Source of the DNA: Gammaproteobacteria bacterium
Lineage (GTDB): Bacteria > Pseudomonadota > Gammaproteobacteria > Thiohalomonadales > Thiohalomonadaceae
DNA: 64,000 nt
Assembly (NCBI GenBank): GCA_041685045.1
Contig: JAWLGP010000004.1
Coordinates: forward strand, 114,065-178,064
Direction of reading: 5' to 3'
Every line of letters starts with the position of its first letter. The first letter of the stretch is position 1. The translations under genes and the position numbers were made by a program. The notes beneath the pieces are model-generated. The model worked only from the letters and a program-made list of their open reading frames with translations. It did not search any database and was not told the origin of the DNA. Shown one piece after another: positions 1 to 11,613 of the stretch.

Positions 1-331
1 CATCGAGGTCATCCGGATTGCCGGCCAGAACACGTTCGGCCACGGCATTGGCAAAGGCCTGGAAGTCGTCGCCCTTGGCCACGAAGTCGGTTTCAGAGTT
101 GACCTCGACCATGGCGGCACGCTTGCCGTCATCGGAGGACTTGATCACGATGAGGCCTTCGGCGGCGGTACGGCCAGCCTTCTTGTCGGCCTTGGCCATG
201 CCGCTCTTGCGCATGAGTTCGATGGCGGCATCGATGTCGCCGTTGGTCTCGACCAGCGCCTTTTTGCACTCCATCATGCCGGCACCGGTTCGCTCGCGGA
301 GTTCCTTAACCTGCGCAGCACTAATCGCCAT
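1..331 (-). CDS. tsf: Elongation factor Ts, N-terminal part (gene runs off left edge of window)
   Basis: My own minus-strand translation from the ATG (329-331) gives [59 protein letters not shown]..., a textbook EF-Ts N-terminus. It lies directly downstream of rpsB. It is absent from the ORF track because it has no stop inside the window. Confidence 0.93.
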   Translation of the reverse strand, partial: MAISAAQVKELRERTGAGMMECKKALVETNGDIDAAIELMRKSGMAKADKKAGRTAAEGLIVIKSSDDGKRAAMVEVNSETDFVAKGDDFQAFANAVAERVLAGNPDDLD

Positions 332-398
332 TGTGAATTCCCCTAATCATTTTGCTGAACTTCAGGACGGCCCCGTGGCCGCCCCAGCGAATACTTTC

Positions 399-424
399 AA
401 AAAAGGGGGCAATGCCCCCTTTTT
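399..424 (-). terminator. rpsB-tsf intergenic stem-loop (attenuator or terminator)
   Basis: GGGGGC-AAT-GCCCCC stem-loop at 405-419, flanked by A6 (399-404) and T5 (420-424). On the minus strand this reads as a hairpin plus T-run about 20 nt after the rpsB stop. Confidence 0.6.
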
Positions 425-443
425 CGTTTCGATGGTGGGCGAC

Positions 444-1202
444 TTACTCCGCCGCGCCGCCTTCGGCGCCCTCGGGCACTTCGACGAACTCGTCCTCGGT
501 ACCGGTGCCGACCTGCGGCAGGGACGAACGTCCTTCCAGGATGGCATTGGCGGCGCCGGTCACGTACAGGCTGATGGCGCGAATGGCGTCGTCATTGCCC
601 GGGATGACGTAGTCGATGTTCTGCGGGTTGCAATTGGTGTCGACCACGGCCACGACCGGGATGCCCAGATTGCGGGCTTCCGAGACGGCATTCTTCTCGT
701 GGTTGACGTCGATGACGAACATGGCATCGGGCAGGCCGGCCATGTCCTTGATGCCGCCGATCGAGCGCTGCAGTTTGTCCATCTCGCGGTGGCGCATCAG
801 CTGCTCTTTCTTGGTCAGCTTGGCCATGGTGCCGTCCTGCTCCATGGCCTCAAGGTCCTTCAGGCGCTTGATGGACTGCTTGACGGTCTTGAAGTTGGTC
901 AGCATGCCGCCGAGCCAGCGGTGGTTGACGTACGGCATGCCGCAACGGTCCGCTTCCTGCTTGAGGAGGTCCCGGGCCTGGCGCTTGGTGCCGACGAACA
1001 GGACGGAGCCCTTGCCTGCGGCCAGTTTGCCCAGGAAGTTCATCGCATCGTTGTACAGCGGCAGCGTGTGTTCGAGATTGACGATGTGAATCTTGTTACG
1101 GTGACCGAAAATGTACGGAGCCATCTTCGGATTCCAGTAACGGGTCTGATGGCCGAAGTGAACGCCGGCCTCCAGCATTTGACGCATGGTGACATTTGCC
1201 AC
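444..1202 (-). CDS. rpsB: 30S ribosomal protein S2
   Basis: 252 aa. [27 protein letters not shown]... matches the conserved S2 N-terminus. GTG start preceded by AAAGGAG. Confidence 0.97.
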   Translation of the reverse strand: MANVTMRQMLEAGVHFGHQTRYWNPKMAPYIFGHRNKIHIVNLEHTLPLYNDAMNFLGKLAAGKGSVLFVGTKRQARDLLKQEADRCGMPYVNHRWLGGMLTNFKTVKQSIKRLKDLEAMEQDGTMAKLTKKEQLMRHREMDKLQRSIGGIKDMAGLPDAMFVIDVNHEKNAVSEARNLGIPVVAVVDTNCNPQNIDYVIPGNDDAIRAISLYVTGAANAILEGRSSLPQVGTGTEDEFVEVPEGAEGGAAE

Positions 1203-1300
1203 GAATTAACTCCTTTGATATTACGGGTTTGAACCTCCACGCACCCTCGGTTGCCAACCCCTTTCGGGGCACCCGGACTCCCGTGACGGTGCGTGTGCGG
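1203..1300 (-). promoter_or_regulatory. Structured rpsB 5' leader (candidate S2 autoregulatory element)
   Basis: A long-range helix pairs 1238-1245 (CACGCACC) with 1288-1295 (GGTGCGTG). It encloses a CCCC/GGGG tetraloop hairpin at 1258-1269, just upstream of the RBS. Confidence 0.4.
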
Positions 1301-1458
1301 ATTTACGGCCTCTCGGCCGCTTTTCGGTTTGCCTGCGAAAGCTGCGCTTTATACCATAACCGCCGCGGCACAACAATTGCTGCGACCCGCTTCGGCGTCA
1401 TTCCACCGGCGCCGAGGCGCGGTGCAACTGCAGAGACAATCCTTGGAAAAACAATCAT

Positions 1459-2229
1459 ATGCCAATAGAAATTAAGACTCCGGAAGAGATCGAAAAGATG
1501 CGTGTAGCCGGTCGCCTCGCTGCCGATGTGCTGGAGATGATCGCCCCGCACGTGCAGCCCGGGGTCACTACCGGCGAGCTGGATCGCATCTGCCACGACT
1601 ATATCGTCAACGAGCAGCAGGCGATCCCCGCCCCCCTCAACTACCACGGTTTTCCGAAGTCTATCTGCACCTCGGTCAATCACCAGGTCTGCCACGGCAT
1701 CCCGAGTGAGGACAAGGCCCTGAAGCGGGGCGACATCGTCAACGTGGACATCACCGTGATCAAGGACGGCTTCCACGGCGACACCAGCATGATGTTCTTC
1801 GTCGGCGAACCCTCGGTGAGGGCGGAGCGGCTGGTACGGGTCGCCCGCGAAGCGATGGTCGTCGGTATCCGCGCGGTCCGTCCCGGTGTCCGGCTGGGCG
1901 ACATCGGCCATGCCATTCAAACCCATGCCGAGGCGGAGGGTTTCTCGGTGGTGCGTGAATACTGTGGCCACGGCATCGGTCGCCAGTTCCATGAGGAGCC
2001 GCAGGTCCTGCACTACGGCAATCCGGGCACGGGCGTAACCCTGCAACCCGGCATGACCTTCACCATCGAACCGATGATCAATGCCGGCAAGCGCCACATC
2101 AAGCTGCTTGGCGACAAATGGACGGTGGTGACCAAGGATCGCTCCCTGTCGGCCCAATGGGAGCACACCATCTTGGTGACGGAGGACGGCTACGAGGTAC
2201 TGACCCTGCGCCGCGGCGAGGAAATCTGA
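1459..2229 (+). CDS. map: Methionine aminopeptidase type I
   Basis: 256 aa. Contains ...VCHGIP..., DIVNVDIT, GHGIG and TFTIEPM metal-ligand blocks. Divergent from rpsB, as in many gammaproteobacteria. Confidence 0.95.
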   Translation: MPIEIKTPEEIEKMRVAGRLAADVLEMIAPHVQPGVTTGELDRICHDYIVNEQQAIPAPLNYHGFPKSICTSVNHQVCHGIPSEDKALKRGDIVNVDITVIKDGFHGDTSMMFFVGEPSVRAERLVRVAREAMVVGIRAVRPGVRLGDIGHAIQTHAEAEGFSVVREYCGHGIGRQFHEEPQVLHYGNPGTGVTLQPGMTFTIEPMINAGKRHIKLLGDKWTVVTKDRSLSAQWEHTILVTEDGYEVLTLRRGEEI

Positions 2230-2231
2230 GG

Positions 2232-4877
2232 GTGGGCAGCTTCGCGCTGTTCGATGCGGTGGCATTCGATGCCGTACTGGCGGAGGGTAAACCGCCGCTG
2301 GCGCTTTTCCGGGAGACCGCCCGCGCCGCGCGTACGGTACTCAAGGAGCGCTTTCTTGCCAACGAACCGGTGGTGGAACTGGTCTATGCCCATGCCCGCT
2401 TCGTGGACCGGCTGCTCGAGCGCGCCTGGCGCCTGCATTTTCCCGGGGACACTCCCAATCTCGCGCTGGTCGCCGTAGGCGGTTACGGCCGGGGCGAGCT
2501 GCACCCCCACTCCGACGTCGACCTGATGATTCTGACCGGCTCCGCCGGTCCGGATGCCCAAACCCAGGCGCTGGAGCGATTCCTGCTGTTCCTGTGGGAT
2601 ATCGGCCTCGAGGTGGGTCACAGCGTCCGCTCCGTGGAGCAGTGCGTGCAGGAGGCCAAGGCGGACATCACGGTGGCCACCAACCTGATGGAGTCCCGCC
2701 TGCTGCTCGGCCCGCAGTCGATGTATCAGGAGATGCGCCATCGCACCAGCCGCGAGTTCGTCTGGCCGGGCCCTGACTTTTTCGAGGCCAAGTGGCAGGA
2801 GCAGATCGCCCGCCACCGCAAATTCAACGATACCGCTTACAACCTGGAACCGAACGTAAAGGAGGGCCCGGGCGGCCTTCGCGACATCCAGATGGTCGGC
2901 TGGGTGGCCAAGCGCCACTTCGGGGCGGAGACGTTGGCGGACCTCGTGGGCCACGGTTTCCTGACCGCCGCGGAGCTGGATGCCCTCGTCGCGGGGCAGG
3001 CCTTTCTCTGGAAGGTGCGCTTTGGTCTGCACGTTTTTACCGATAGGCGCGAAGACCGGTTGCTGTTCGACCACCAACGGAATCTGGCTCGGCAGCTCGG
3101 CTATCGGGACGAGGCCGGTCGCCTGGCGGTCGAACACTTCATGAAGGCCTACTACCGGACCGTCATGGAACTGGAGCGCCTCAACGAGATGTTGTTGCAG
3201 TTGTTCCAGGAGGAGATCCTGCACAGTGCGGACTCCGCCGAGCCGGTACCGATCAACAAACGTTTTCAGGCCCGCAAGGGCTTCCTCGAGACCACCGGCC
3301 CCCAGATCTTCCGCCGCTACCGGTTCGCCCTGCTGGAGATCTTTCTGGTGCTGACCCAGCACCCGGACATCAAGGGAATTCGGGCCGAAACCATCCGCCA
3401 AATCCGCAACCACCTGCGCTTCATCAACAGCGAGTTCCGCAACGACCTGCGCTGTCGCAGCCTGTTCATGGAGATCCTGCGCCAGCCGCAGGGGGTGACC
3501 GACGCCCTGCACCGCATGAACCGCTACGGAGTGCTCGGCGCCTATCTTCCCGTATTCGGTCGCGTCGCCGGGCAGATGCAGCACGACCTTTTCCACGTCT
3601 ACACGGTGGACGAGCATACCCTGTTCGCGCTGCGCAACCTGCGCCGCCTCACCGTGCCGGCACACAGCCAGGAGTTTCCGCTCTGCACTCGCCTGATGGC
3701 CCGCATCGGCAAACCGGAGGTGCTCTACGTCGCAGCCCTGTTCCACGACATCGCAAAAGGGCGCGGGGGCGATCATTCCGAGTTGGGGGCCAAAGAGGTC
3801 ACCACCTTCTGCGAACGGCACCTGCTGTCGAAATACGACACCCATCTGGCCGCCTGGCTGGTGCGCAATCACCTGTTGATGTCCACCACGGCCCAACGCA
3901 AGGACATTTCCGATCCCGAAGTGGTCAACGCGTTCGCCGCCCGGGTGGGTGATCAAAACCACCTGAACCACCTTTATCTGCTCACCGTCGCCGACATCCG
4001 CGCCACCAGCCCGTCGGTTTGGAATTCCTGGAAGGATGCGCTGCTTGCCGAGCTCTACTACGCCACACACCATGCGCTGCGTCGTGGCCTCACCAACCCC
4101 GTCGACAAGGAGCAGCTAATCGGTGAAACCCAGCACGAGGCGATTCGGCTGCTGCAGACCGAAGACGTGGATCTGCAGGCAGTCGCCCGCTTTTGGGAGC
4201 GATTGCCGGACGACTACTTCCTGCGCTATTCGGCCGACGAGATCGCCTGGCACAGCCGCGCAGTGATCCACGACGCGCGACCGGAACAGCCGCTGGTGCT
4301 GGTCCGCCGTCAGACCCGCCGCGGCGGTACCGAGGTATTCATCTTCACCCCGGTTCGCAATCACCAGTTCACCACCACCACCTCCGTGCTGGACCAGCTC
4401 GGTCTTACCATCGCCGACGCGCGCATCATCACCTCCAAGGACCACTACACCCTGGATACCTACATCGTGCTGGAGGAGAACGGCGAACCGATTCAGGAGT
4501 CGGGCCGAATCGACGAGATCCGCGACACCCTCAACCGTCGCCTGGCCCATCCGGATGAGCTGCCGCCCGACGTCCGGCGCCATGTCGCGCGCCAACTGAA
4601 GCACTTCACGATCCCCACCCAGGTCAGCTTCGAGGCCGATCCCCGCAACCACCGCACCATCATGGAGGTGATCACCTCCGACCGCCCCGGCCTGCTGGCC
4701 AAAATCGGCCGCGCCCTGACCGAGTGCCGGGTGCGACTCCAGACCGCCAAGATCGCCACCTTTGGCGAACGGGTGGAGGACGTCTTTTTTATCGCCGACG
4801 AAGCCGGCAACGCCCTCGACCCGGAGCGGGCCGAGCGGCTGCGCGACTCGATCTGCACCCGGCTGGGGAGCATGTAG
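2232..4877 (+). CDS. glnD: [Protein-PII] uridylyltransferase / uridylyl-removing enzyme
   Basis: Uses the frame of track ORF 2118..4877, with the start moved to the GTG at 2232, right after the map stop. Has the nucleotidyltransferase motif GGYGRGELHPHSDVDL, an HD region (FHDIAKGRGGDHS) and C-terminal ACT-like repeats. The exact start is uncertain. Confidence 0.9.
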   Translation: MGSFALFDAVAFDAVLAEGKPPLALFRETARAARTVLKERFLANEPVVELVYAHARFVDRLLERAWRLHFPGDTPNLALVAVGGYGRGELHPHSDVDLMILTGSAGPDAQTQALERFLLFLWDIGLEVGHSVRSVEQCVQEAKADITVATNLMESRLLLGPQSMYQEMRHRTSREFVWPGPDFFEAKWQEQIARHRKFNDTAYNLEPNVKEGPGGLRDIQMVGWVAKRHFGAETLADLVGHGFLTAAELDALVAGQAFLWKVRFGLHVFTDRREDRLLFDHQRNLARQLGYRDEAGRLAVEHFMKAYYRTVMELERLNEMLLQLFQEEILHSADSAEPVPINKRFQARKGFLETTGPQIFRRYRFALLEIFLVLTQHPDIKGIRAETIRQIRNHLRFINSEFRNDLRCRSLFMEILRQPQGVTDALHRMNRYGVLGAYLPVFGRVAGQMQHDLFHVYTVDEHTLFALRNLRRLTVPAHSQEFPLCTRLMARIGKPEVLYVAALFHDIAKGRGGDHSELGAKEVTTFCERHLLSKYDTHLAAWLVRNHLLMSTTAQRKDISDPEVVNAFAARVGDQNHLNHLYLLTVADIRATSPSVWNSWKDALLAELYYATHHALRRGLTNPVDKEQLIGETQHEAIRLLQTEDVDLQAVARFWERLPDDYFLRYSADEIAWHSRAVIHDARPEQPLVLVRRQTRRGGTEVFIFTPVRNHQFTTTTSVLDQLGLTIADARIITSKDHYTLDTYIVLEENGEPIQESGRIDEIRDTLNRRLAHPDELPPDVRRHVARQLKHFTIPTQVSFEADPRNHRTIMEVITSDRPGLLAKIGRALTECRVRLQTAKIATFGERVEDVFFIADEAGNALDPERAERLRDSICTRLGSM

Positions 4878-4955
4878 GATGGGCAAAGGAGCGAAGCGAC
4901 GTGCCCATCACCCAACGATGGGCACGCTGCGCTTTGCCCATCCTCGCGTCACCCC

Positions 4956-5312
4956 TCACGATTCTGCGGCGATCAATTCAACGGCATTACCATCCGGGTC
5001 GCGGCAAAAGGCGGCAGCCCGTCCGGAACGGCTGCGCGTGCAGGAGATGCCTGCGGCTTCCACCCGCTGTACCAGCGCCTCCAGGTCGTCCACCACCAAC
5101 GCCAGATGCCGGTCGCGGCCACCGTGCTCGGGACGGCCATCGACAGGATCCGGATTGGGCAGTTCCAACAGGTGAATCTGCTGAGGGCCGAGCTGCAACC
5201 AGGCGCCGGGAAAGCCCAGGTCGGGACGCAGTGCCTCGGGGATCCCCAACAAATCCCGATAGAATCCCAGCGCGCGACCGGTATCGGCAACGAGCAGGCT
5301 GACGTGGTGCAT
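4956..5312 (-). CDS. VOC (glyoxalase / bleomycin-resistance / dioxygenase) family protein
   Basis: Start trimmed to the ATG at 5312 (MHHVSLLVADTGRALGFYRDLLG...). ...HLALVVDDLEALVQRVEAAG...DPDGNAVEL is a typical VOC-fold pattern. Confidence 0.8.
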   Translation of the reverse strand: MHHVSLLVADTGRALGFYRDLLGIPEALRPDLGFPGAWLQLGPQQIHLLELPNPDPVDGRPEHGGRDRHLALVVDDLEALVQRVEAAGISCTRSRSGRAAAFCRDPDGNAVELIAAES

Positions 5313-5427
5313 CGCAACGGGCACCGGCGCTCCTCCTTGTGTTCGGGTTTTTGATGCGGGCCGGGCTGGCGCTCCTACCCGGCGGCCTGATCGATTATAC
5401 TGCTCGTTTTTGCCTCGACCGAGCGCG

Positions 5428-6627
5428 ATGAATCCGGATCTCGACACACTCCAGCCCTACCCGTTCGAGAAGCTGAACCGCTTGAAGGCAGGGGCGACGC
5501 CCCCCGCCGGCAAACCGCACATCGCCCTCTCCATCGGCGAACCCAAGCATCAGCCGCCCGCCTTCGTGGCGGAGACGATAATCACCCATCTGCACGGGCT
5601 ATCCAGCTATCCGCTGACCAAAGGGCGTGCTGAATTACGTCAGGCGATGGCCGAATGGGCCTCGCGGCGCTTTGCCCTGCCCGGGGGCAGTCTCGACCCG
5701 GAGCGCCATGTGCTGCCGGTCGCGGGTACCCGCGAGGCGCTGTTTGCCTTTGCCCAGGCGGTCGTGGACCGCCGTGCGGATCCCTTGGTGCTGATGCCGA
5801 ACCCGTTCTACCAGATATACGAAGGTGCGGCGCTGCTGGCCGGTGCCGCGCCCTGGTTCATGAATACCACCGCGCCCGGATTCCTGCCGGACCTCGAGGC
5901 GATCCCGGAGCACGTCTGGCAGCGGGCGCAGTTGGTTTACGTGTGCAGCCCCGGCAATCCGACCGGTGCGGTCGCTTCCCTCGCCTTTTTCCAACGGCTC
6001 ATCACCCTGGCCGATGAATACGACTTTATCATCGGGTCGGACGAGTGCTACTCCGAACTCTACTTCGACGAGGCATCCCCCCCGCCCGGTCTGTTGCAGG
6101 CCGCCGCGGCAATGGGACGTACCGACTACCGCCGTTGCGTGGTCTTTCACAGTCTCTCCAAGCGCTCCAACCTGCCGGGCCTGCGCTCCGGGTTCGTCGC
6201 CGGCGATGCCGAGGTGCTGAGCCGCTTTCTGCTCTACCGCACCTACCACGGCTGTGCCCTGCCGCCGCATACCCAGGCCGCCAGCATCGTCGCCTGGCAG
6301 GACGAGGGGCATGTACGGGAAAACCGCGAACGCTACCGGGAAAAGTTTGACGCGGTGCTGGCAATCCTGGCACCGGTGCTCGACGTCCAGCGGCCCGATG
6401 CCGGTTTCTATCTCTGGGCGAAAACGCCCATCGATGACACCGAGTTCGCCCGCCGGTTGTTTGCCGAACAGAACGTCACCGTGCTCCCGGGCAGCTATCT
6501 TTCCCGCGAGGCCCACGGAGTCAACCCCGGCGCCGGCCGCATCCGCATGGCCCTGGTGGCGGAACTCGACGAATGCATCGAAGCCGCGGAGCGGATCCGC
6601 GACTTCGTTTCAGATCTTGTGGCTTAA
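5428..6627 (+). CDS. dapC: Succinyldiaminopimelate aminotransferase (PLP aminotransferase class I)
   Basis: MNPDLDTLQPYPFEKL... with the PLP-lysine block SLSKRSNLPGLRSG. Its position between glnD and dapD matches the Pseudomonas and beta-proteobacterial dapC context. Confidence 0.85.
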   Translation: MNPDLDTLQPYPFEKLNRLKAGATPPAGKPHIALSIGEPKHQPPAFVAETIITHLHGLSSYPLTKGRAELRQAMAEWASRRFALPGGSLDPERHVLPVAGTREALFAFAQAVVDRRADPLVLMPNPFYQIYEGAALLAGAAPWFMNTTAPGFLPDLEAIPEHVWQRAQLVYVCSPGNPTGAVASLAFFQRLITLADEYDFIIGSDECYSELYFDEASPPPGLLQAAAAMGRTDYRRCVVFHSLSKRSNLPGLRSGFVAGDAEVLSRFLLYRTYHGCALPPHTQAASIVAWQDEGHVRENRERYREKFDAVLAILAPVLDVQRPDAGFYLWAKTPIDDTEFARRLFAEQNVTVLPGSYLSREAHGVNPGAGRIRMALVAELDECIEAAERIRDFVSDLVA

Positions 6628-6632
6628 AAACC

Positions 6633-6718
6633 CAACGCAAAGACGCGAAGACGCAAAGGACGCAAAGATCATATGTTTTAAAACAAGAAAACCTTTGCGT
6701 CTTTGCGCCTTTGCGTTG
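6633..6718. repeat. Hairpin repeat, family 'CAACGCAAAG...CTTTGCGTTG' (short copy)
   Basis: Left arm CAACGCAAAGACGCGAAGACGCAAAGGACGCAAAG, right arm CTTTGCGTCTTTGCGCCTTTGCGTTG. Both arms are built of 8-9-mer units. It starts 5 nt after the dapC TAA. Confidence 0.8.
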
Positions 6719-6741
6719 AAATCTTTTCCTGGAGATCAATC

Positions 6742-7566
<825 letters not shown>

Positions 7567-7571
7567 AAATC

Positions 7572-7839
7572 CAACGCAAAGGCGCAAAGACGCGAAGGAC
7601 GCAAAGATTTAAAAGTGACTACTCGCCCCCCGCCCCCGATAAAAAAATTCGAGGGCAGGCTTCGGCGGGAAGCCAGGGAACAGTCAATGGATCCCCGCCT
7701 TCGCGGGGAAGACGGATACCTTGTGTCGCGCGCGACATCGAGAGCGTACCCAGGCGAGCAGTTACGGTTTAACAACGGTTATTTTTCTTTGCGCTCTTTG
7801 CGCTCTTTGCGCTCTTTGCGTCATCGCGTCTTTGCGTTG
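7572..7839. repeat. Hairpin repeat, same family as 6633-6718, long copy with ~180 bp internal cargo
   Basis: Same termini: CAACGCAAAGGCGCAAAGACGCGAAGGACGCAAAG at 7572-7606, and a (TCTTTGCGC)x3-4 run ending ...GTCTTTGCGTTG at 7787-7839. The core contains a CCCCGC-CTTC-GCGGGG hairpin (7693-7708). It starts 5 nt after the dapD TAA. Confidence 0.8.
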
Positions 7840-7862
7840 AAAGCTTTTTTTCAAATACTGTC

Positions 7863-9343
<1,481 letters not shown>

Positions 9344-9344
9344 A

Positions 9345-9638
9345 CGCGAAAGATGCGGTTCGCAGGCTCACCACATCCTACAAAATCCCCTCTGTAGGGT
9401 GTGGTGACGACTGCATGGATGCAGGAGGTAGAGCAACGCAGGGAGCAGTTGCCGAGGAACGAACCGCACCGATAGCCTGGAAGCACCGCGAACGATGCGG
9501 TTCGCAGGCTCACCACATCCTACGTTTGATGGCCCCAAGAAGGCGAAATCCCCGTTTCGTAGTGTGGTGAGGAACGAACCGCACCGGTAGCCTGGAAGTG
9601 ACGCGAATGATGCGGTTCGCAGGCTCACCACATCCTAC
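9345..9638. repeat. REP/BIME-like cluster (three copies of ...GATGCGGTTCGCAGGCTCACCACATCCTAC plus inverted partners)
   Basis: Near-identical 35-37 nt units end at 9381, 9523 and 9638. Inverted GTAGGGTGTGGTGA / GTAGTGTGGTGAGGAACGAACCGCACCG partners give ~80 nt imperfect palindromes with GTAG...CTAC ends. Confidence 0.85.
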
Positions 9639-9730
9639 ATTACCCGTTTATTGATGATAGGTGAGGCTAAAGTTTCCCCGCCCGGTGGCCGCTATGGCAA
9701 GTGACCGAGTCCAATGCCGGGGAACTCACC

Positions 9731-10930
9731 ATGCAGGTCACCAGTGCCACGGTCCACCTCTCCAGCGACCACCAGAAGATCGAACAGCGTAGCGAACGGG
9801 AGTCGCTGACCCTCTGGAGGGGAAACGAGCGCGTGAGGCTCGATCGGGAAGTCGATGCGATCGAGGTCGAACTGGGTCGCGCCTCTCTGCAGGAGAGCCT
9901 GCGTAGCGGCAGCCGTCTGCCCCCGGGGCTTATCAATGCCGCCGCCCATCATGCCGCCAACCGCGGCCACCCGCACACCCCCGTCGACGATCGGGTGGAG
10001 CTCTCCGATGTTGGCCTGCAGTTGCAGCCGAAACCGAAGAAGGCCCAGCCCGAGCGGTTTCACATGAGTGCCCACCACGAGCTGGAGGTCTCCATCCTTC
10101 GCGAGATGGTCCGGATGCTCACCGGCCGCGAACTCAAGGTCATGGACCCGGCCGAGCTCAGTGTGGACGAAGAGCAGCAGGAAAACCTCGACCAGGCGTG
10201 TGCGGCCGGTGCGGAGCTGGAACGGGCAAGCCAGGCGGACCGCGGCGGACCGGAGGAAGGCTGGGGCCTGGCCTACGACCACTACGAGCGCCGGCTCGAA
10301 TCCGAGTCCACCACCTTCTCCGCCGAGGGCGTGATCCAGACCGCCGACGGCCGCTCCATCGCCTTCAGCGTCGACCTGCACATGAGCCGTACCTTTATCG
10401 AGGAGAGCCGTACCAGTCTGCGCCTGGGCGATGCCGCGCGCGTAAAGGACCCGCTGGTAATCAATTTCGCCGGCACGGCCGCAGAGCTGACCCGGACCAA
10501 ATTCGAGTTCGACCTGGACGCCGACGGCCGCAGCGAGCAGGTCGCCTTTGTCGGGCCGAACAGCGGCTTCCTGACCTGGGACCGCAACGACAACGGCACG
10601 GTCGACGACGGGGGTGAGCTGTTCGGCGCCGTCACCGGCGACGGCTTCGGCGAGCTGGCCGCGCACGACGCCGACGGCAACGGCTGGATCGACGAGGCCG
10701 ACCCCATTTACGAGGCCCTGCGCATCTGGTCCCGCGATACCGCCGGGAATGAATCGCTGATCGGCTTGGGGCAGCGCGGCATCGGCGCCATCTATCTCGG
10801 CCACATCGACACGCCCTTCGACCTGAAAAACCCCGACAACCAGCTGGCCGGCGTGATCCGCGACAGCGGGATTTGGGTCGGTGAGGACGGCCAGGTGAAC
10901 ACCGTGCAGAAGGTGGACCTGGTGGTATGA
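9731..10930 (+). CDS. Hypothetical protein with EF-hand / RTX-N-terminal-like calcium-binding DxDxDG motifs
   Basis: The C-terminal half reads DPLVINFAG...FDLDADG...FLTWDRNDNGTVDDGGELFG...HDADGNGWIDEADP. No obvious signal peptide. The start could be ATG 9731 or GTG 9701. Confidence 0.6.
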   Translation: MQVTSATVHLSSDHQKIEQRSERESLTLWRGNERVRLDREVDAIEVELGRASLQESLRSGSRLPPGLINAAAHHAANRGHPHTPVDDRVELSDVGLQLQPKPKKAQPERFHMSAHHELEVSILREMVRMLTGRELKVMDPAELSVDEEQQENLDQACAAGAELERASQADRGGPEEGWGLAYDHYERRLESESTTFSAEGVIQTADGRSIAFSVDLHMSRTFIEESRTSLRLGDAARVKDPLVINFAGTAAELTRTKFEFDLDADGRSEQVAFVGPNSGFLTWDRNDNGTVDDGGELFGAVTGDGFGELAAHDADGNGWIDEADPIYEALRIWSRDTAGNESLIGLGQRGIGAIYLGHIDTPFDLKNPDNQLAGVIRDSGIWVGEDGQVNTVQKVDLVV

Positions 10931-10978
10931 TGCGGGCGTGATTCAACGGAAAGCCGTGAAGAAGTGACCCGATCACCA

Positions 10979-11590
10979 ATGCCAATCCTCCGCCGCGCTC
11001 TGATCATCATCCTCGTCCTGCTGCTGAGCGCCTGTAGCGATGGGCCGCGCCTCGAACCGCTGCCGGGCGATTCCATCGTGCTCGCCTTCGGCGATTCGCT
11101 CACCTACGGCACCGGTGCACCGCGTGACCAGAGCTATCCCTCCCATCTGGAACGGCTGATCGGGCGTACTGTGATCAACGCCGGGGTCCCCGGTGAAGTG
11201 AGTGCCGAAGGGCGCCAGCGGCTGCCGGCCCTGCTCGATCGGCATCAGCCGGCCCTGTTGCTGCTGTGTCACGGCGGCAACGACCTGCTGCGCAAGAAGG
11301 ATCGGCAGGCGCTGCAGGAGAATTTGGCGGCGATGGTGGAGATGGCCCGCGAGCGGGGGATCTCGGTGGTGTTGTTGGGCGTGCCGGAGCCCACGCTGTT
11401 CCTGCGTGAAGCCCCCGCGTTCTATGCAAAAACCGCAGAGCGGTTTGCGCTGCCGTACGAAGGAGAGATCATCCCGACGGTGGAGAGCGACGACGACCTG
11501 AAATCCGATGCCGTCCACCCCAATGCCGAAGGCTACCGGCAGATCGCCGATGCGATCGCCGAACTGCTCAGGGACGCCGGTGCGATCTAA
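10979..11590 (+). CDS. SGNH/GDSL arylesterase-lipase (TesA-like), probable lipoprotein
   Basis: Signal sequence ending LLLSAC, then blocks GDSLTYG, GGNDLL and DAVHPN. An alternative GTG start lies at 10964. Confidence 0.85.
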   Translation: MPILRRALIIILVLLLSACSDGPRLEPLPGDSIVLAFGDSLTYGTGAPRDQSYPSHLERLIGRTVINAGVPGEVSAEGRQRLPALLDRHQPALLLLCHGGNDLLRKKDRQALQENLAAMVEMARERGISVVLLGVPEPTLFLREAPAFYAKTAERFALPYEGEIIPTVESDDDLKSDAVHPNAEGYRQIADAIAELLRDAGAI

Positions 11591-11613
11591 GCAGCGCTCC
11601 CTCTGGTTCGACT

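Noticed and set aside
18-1232. 404-aa plus-strand ORF spanning the tsf/rpsB region
   Set aside because: It is antisense to two unmistakable ribosomal and translation genes. Its Ala/Arg/Ser-rich composition is typical of shadow frames in GC-rich DNA.
9345-9638. Possible CRISPR array (three near-identical ~36-nt repeats)
   Set aside because: The repeats are parts of nested palindromes with inverted partners. Spacing is irregular (about 105 and 78 nt), the 'spacers' share sequence with each other, and no cas genes or leader are present. This fits a REP/BIME cluster instead.
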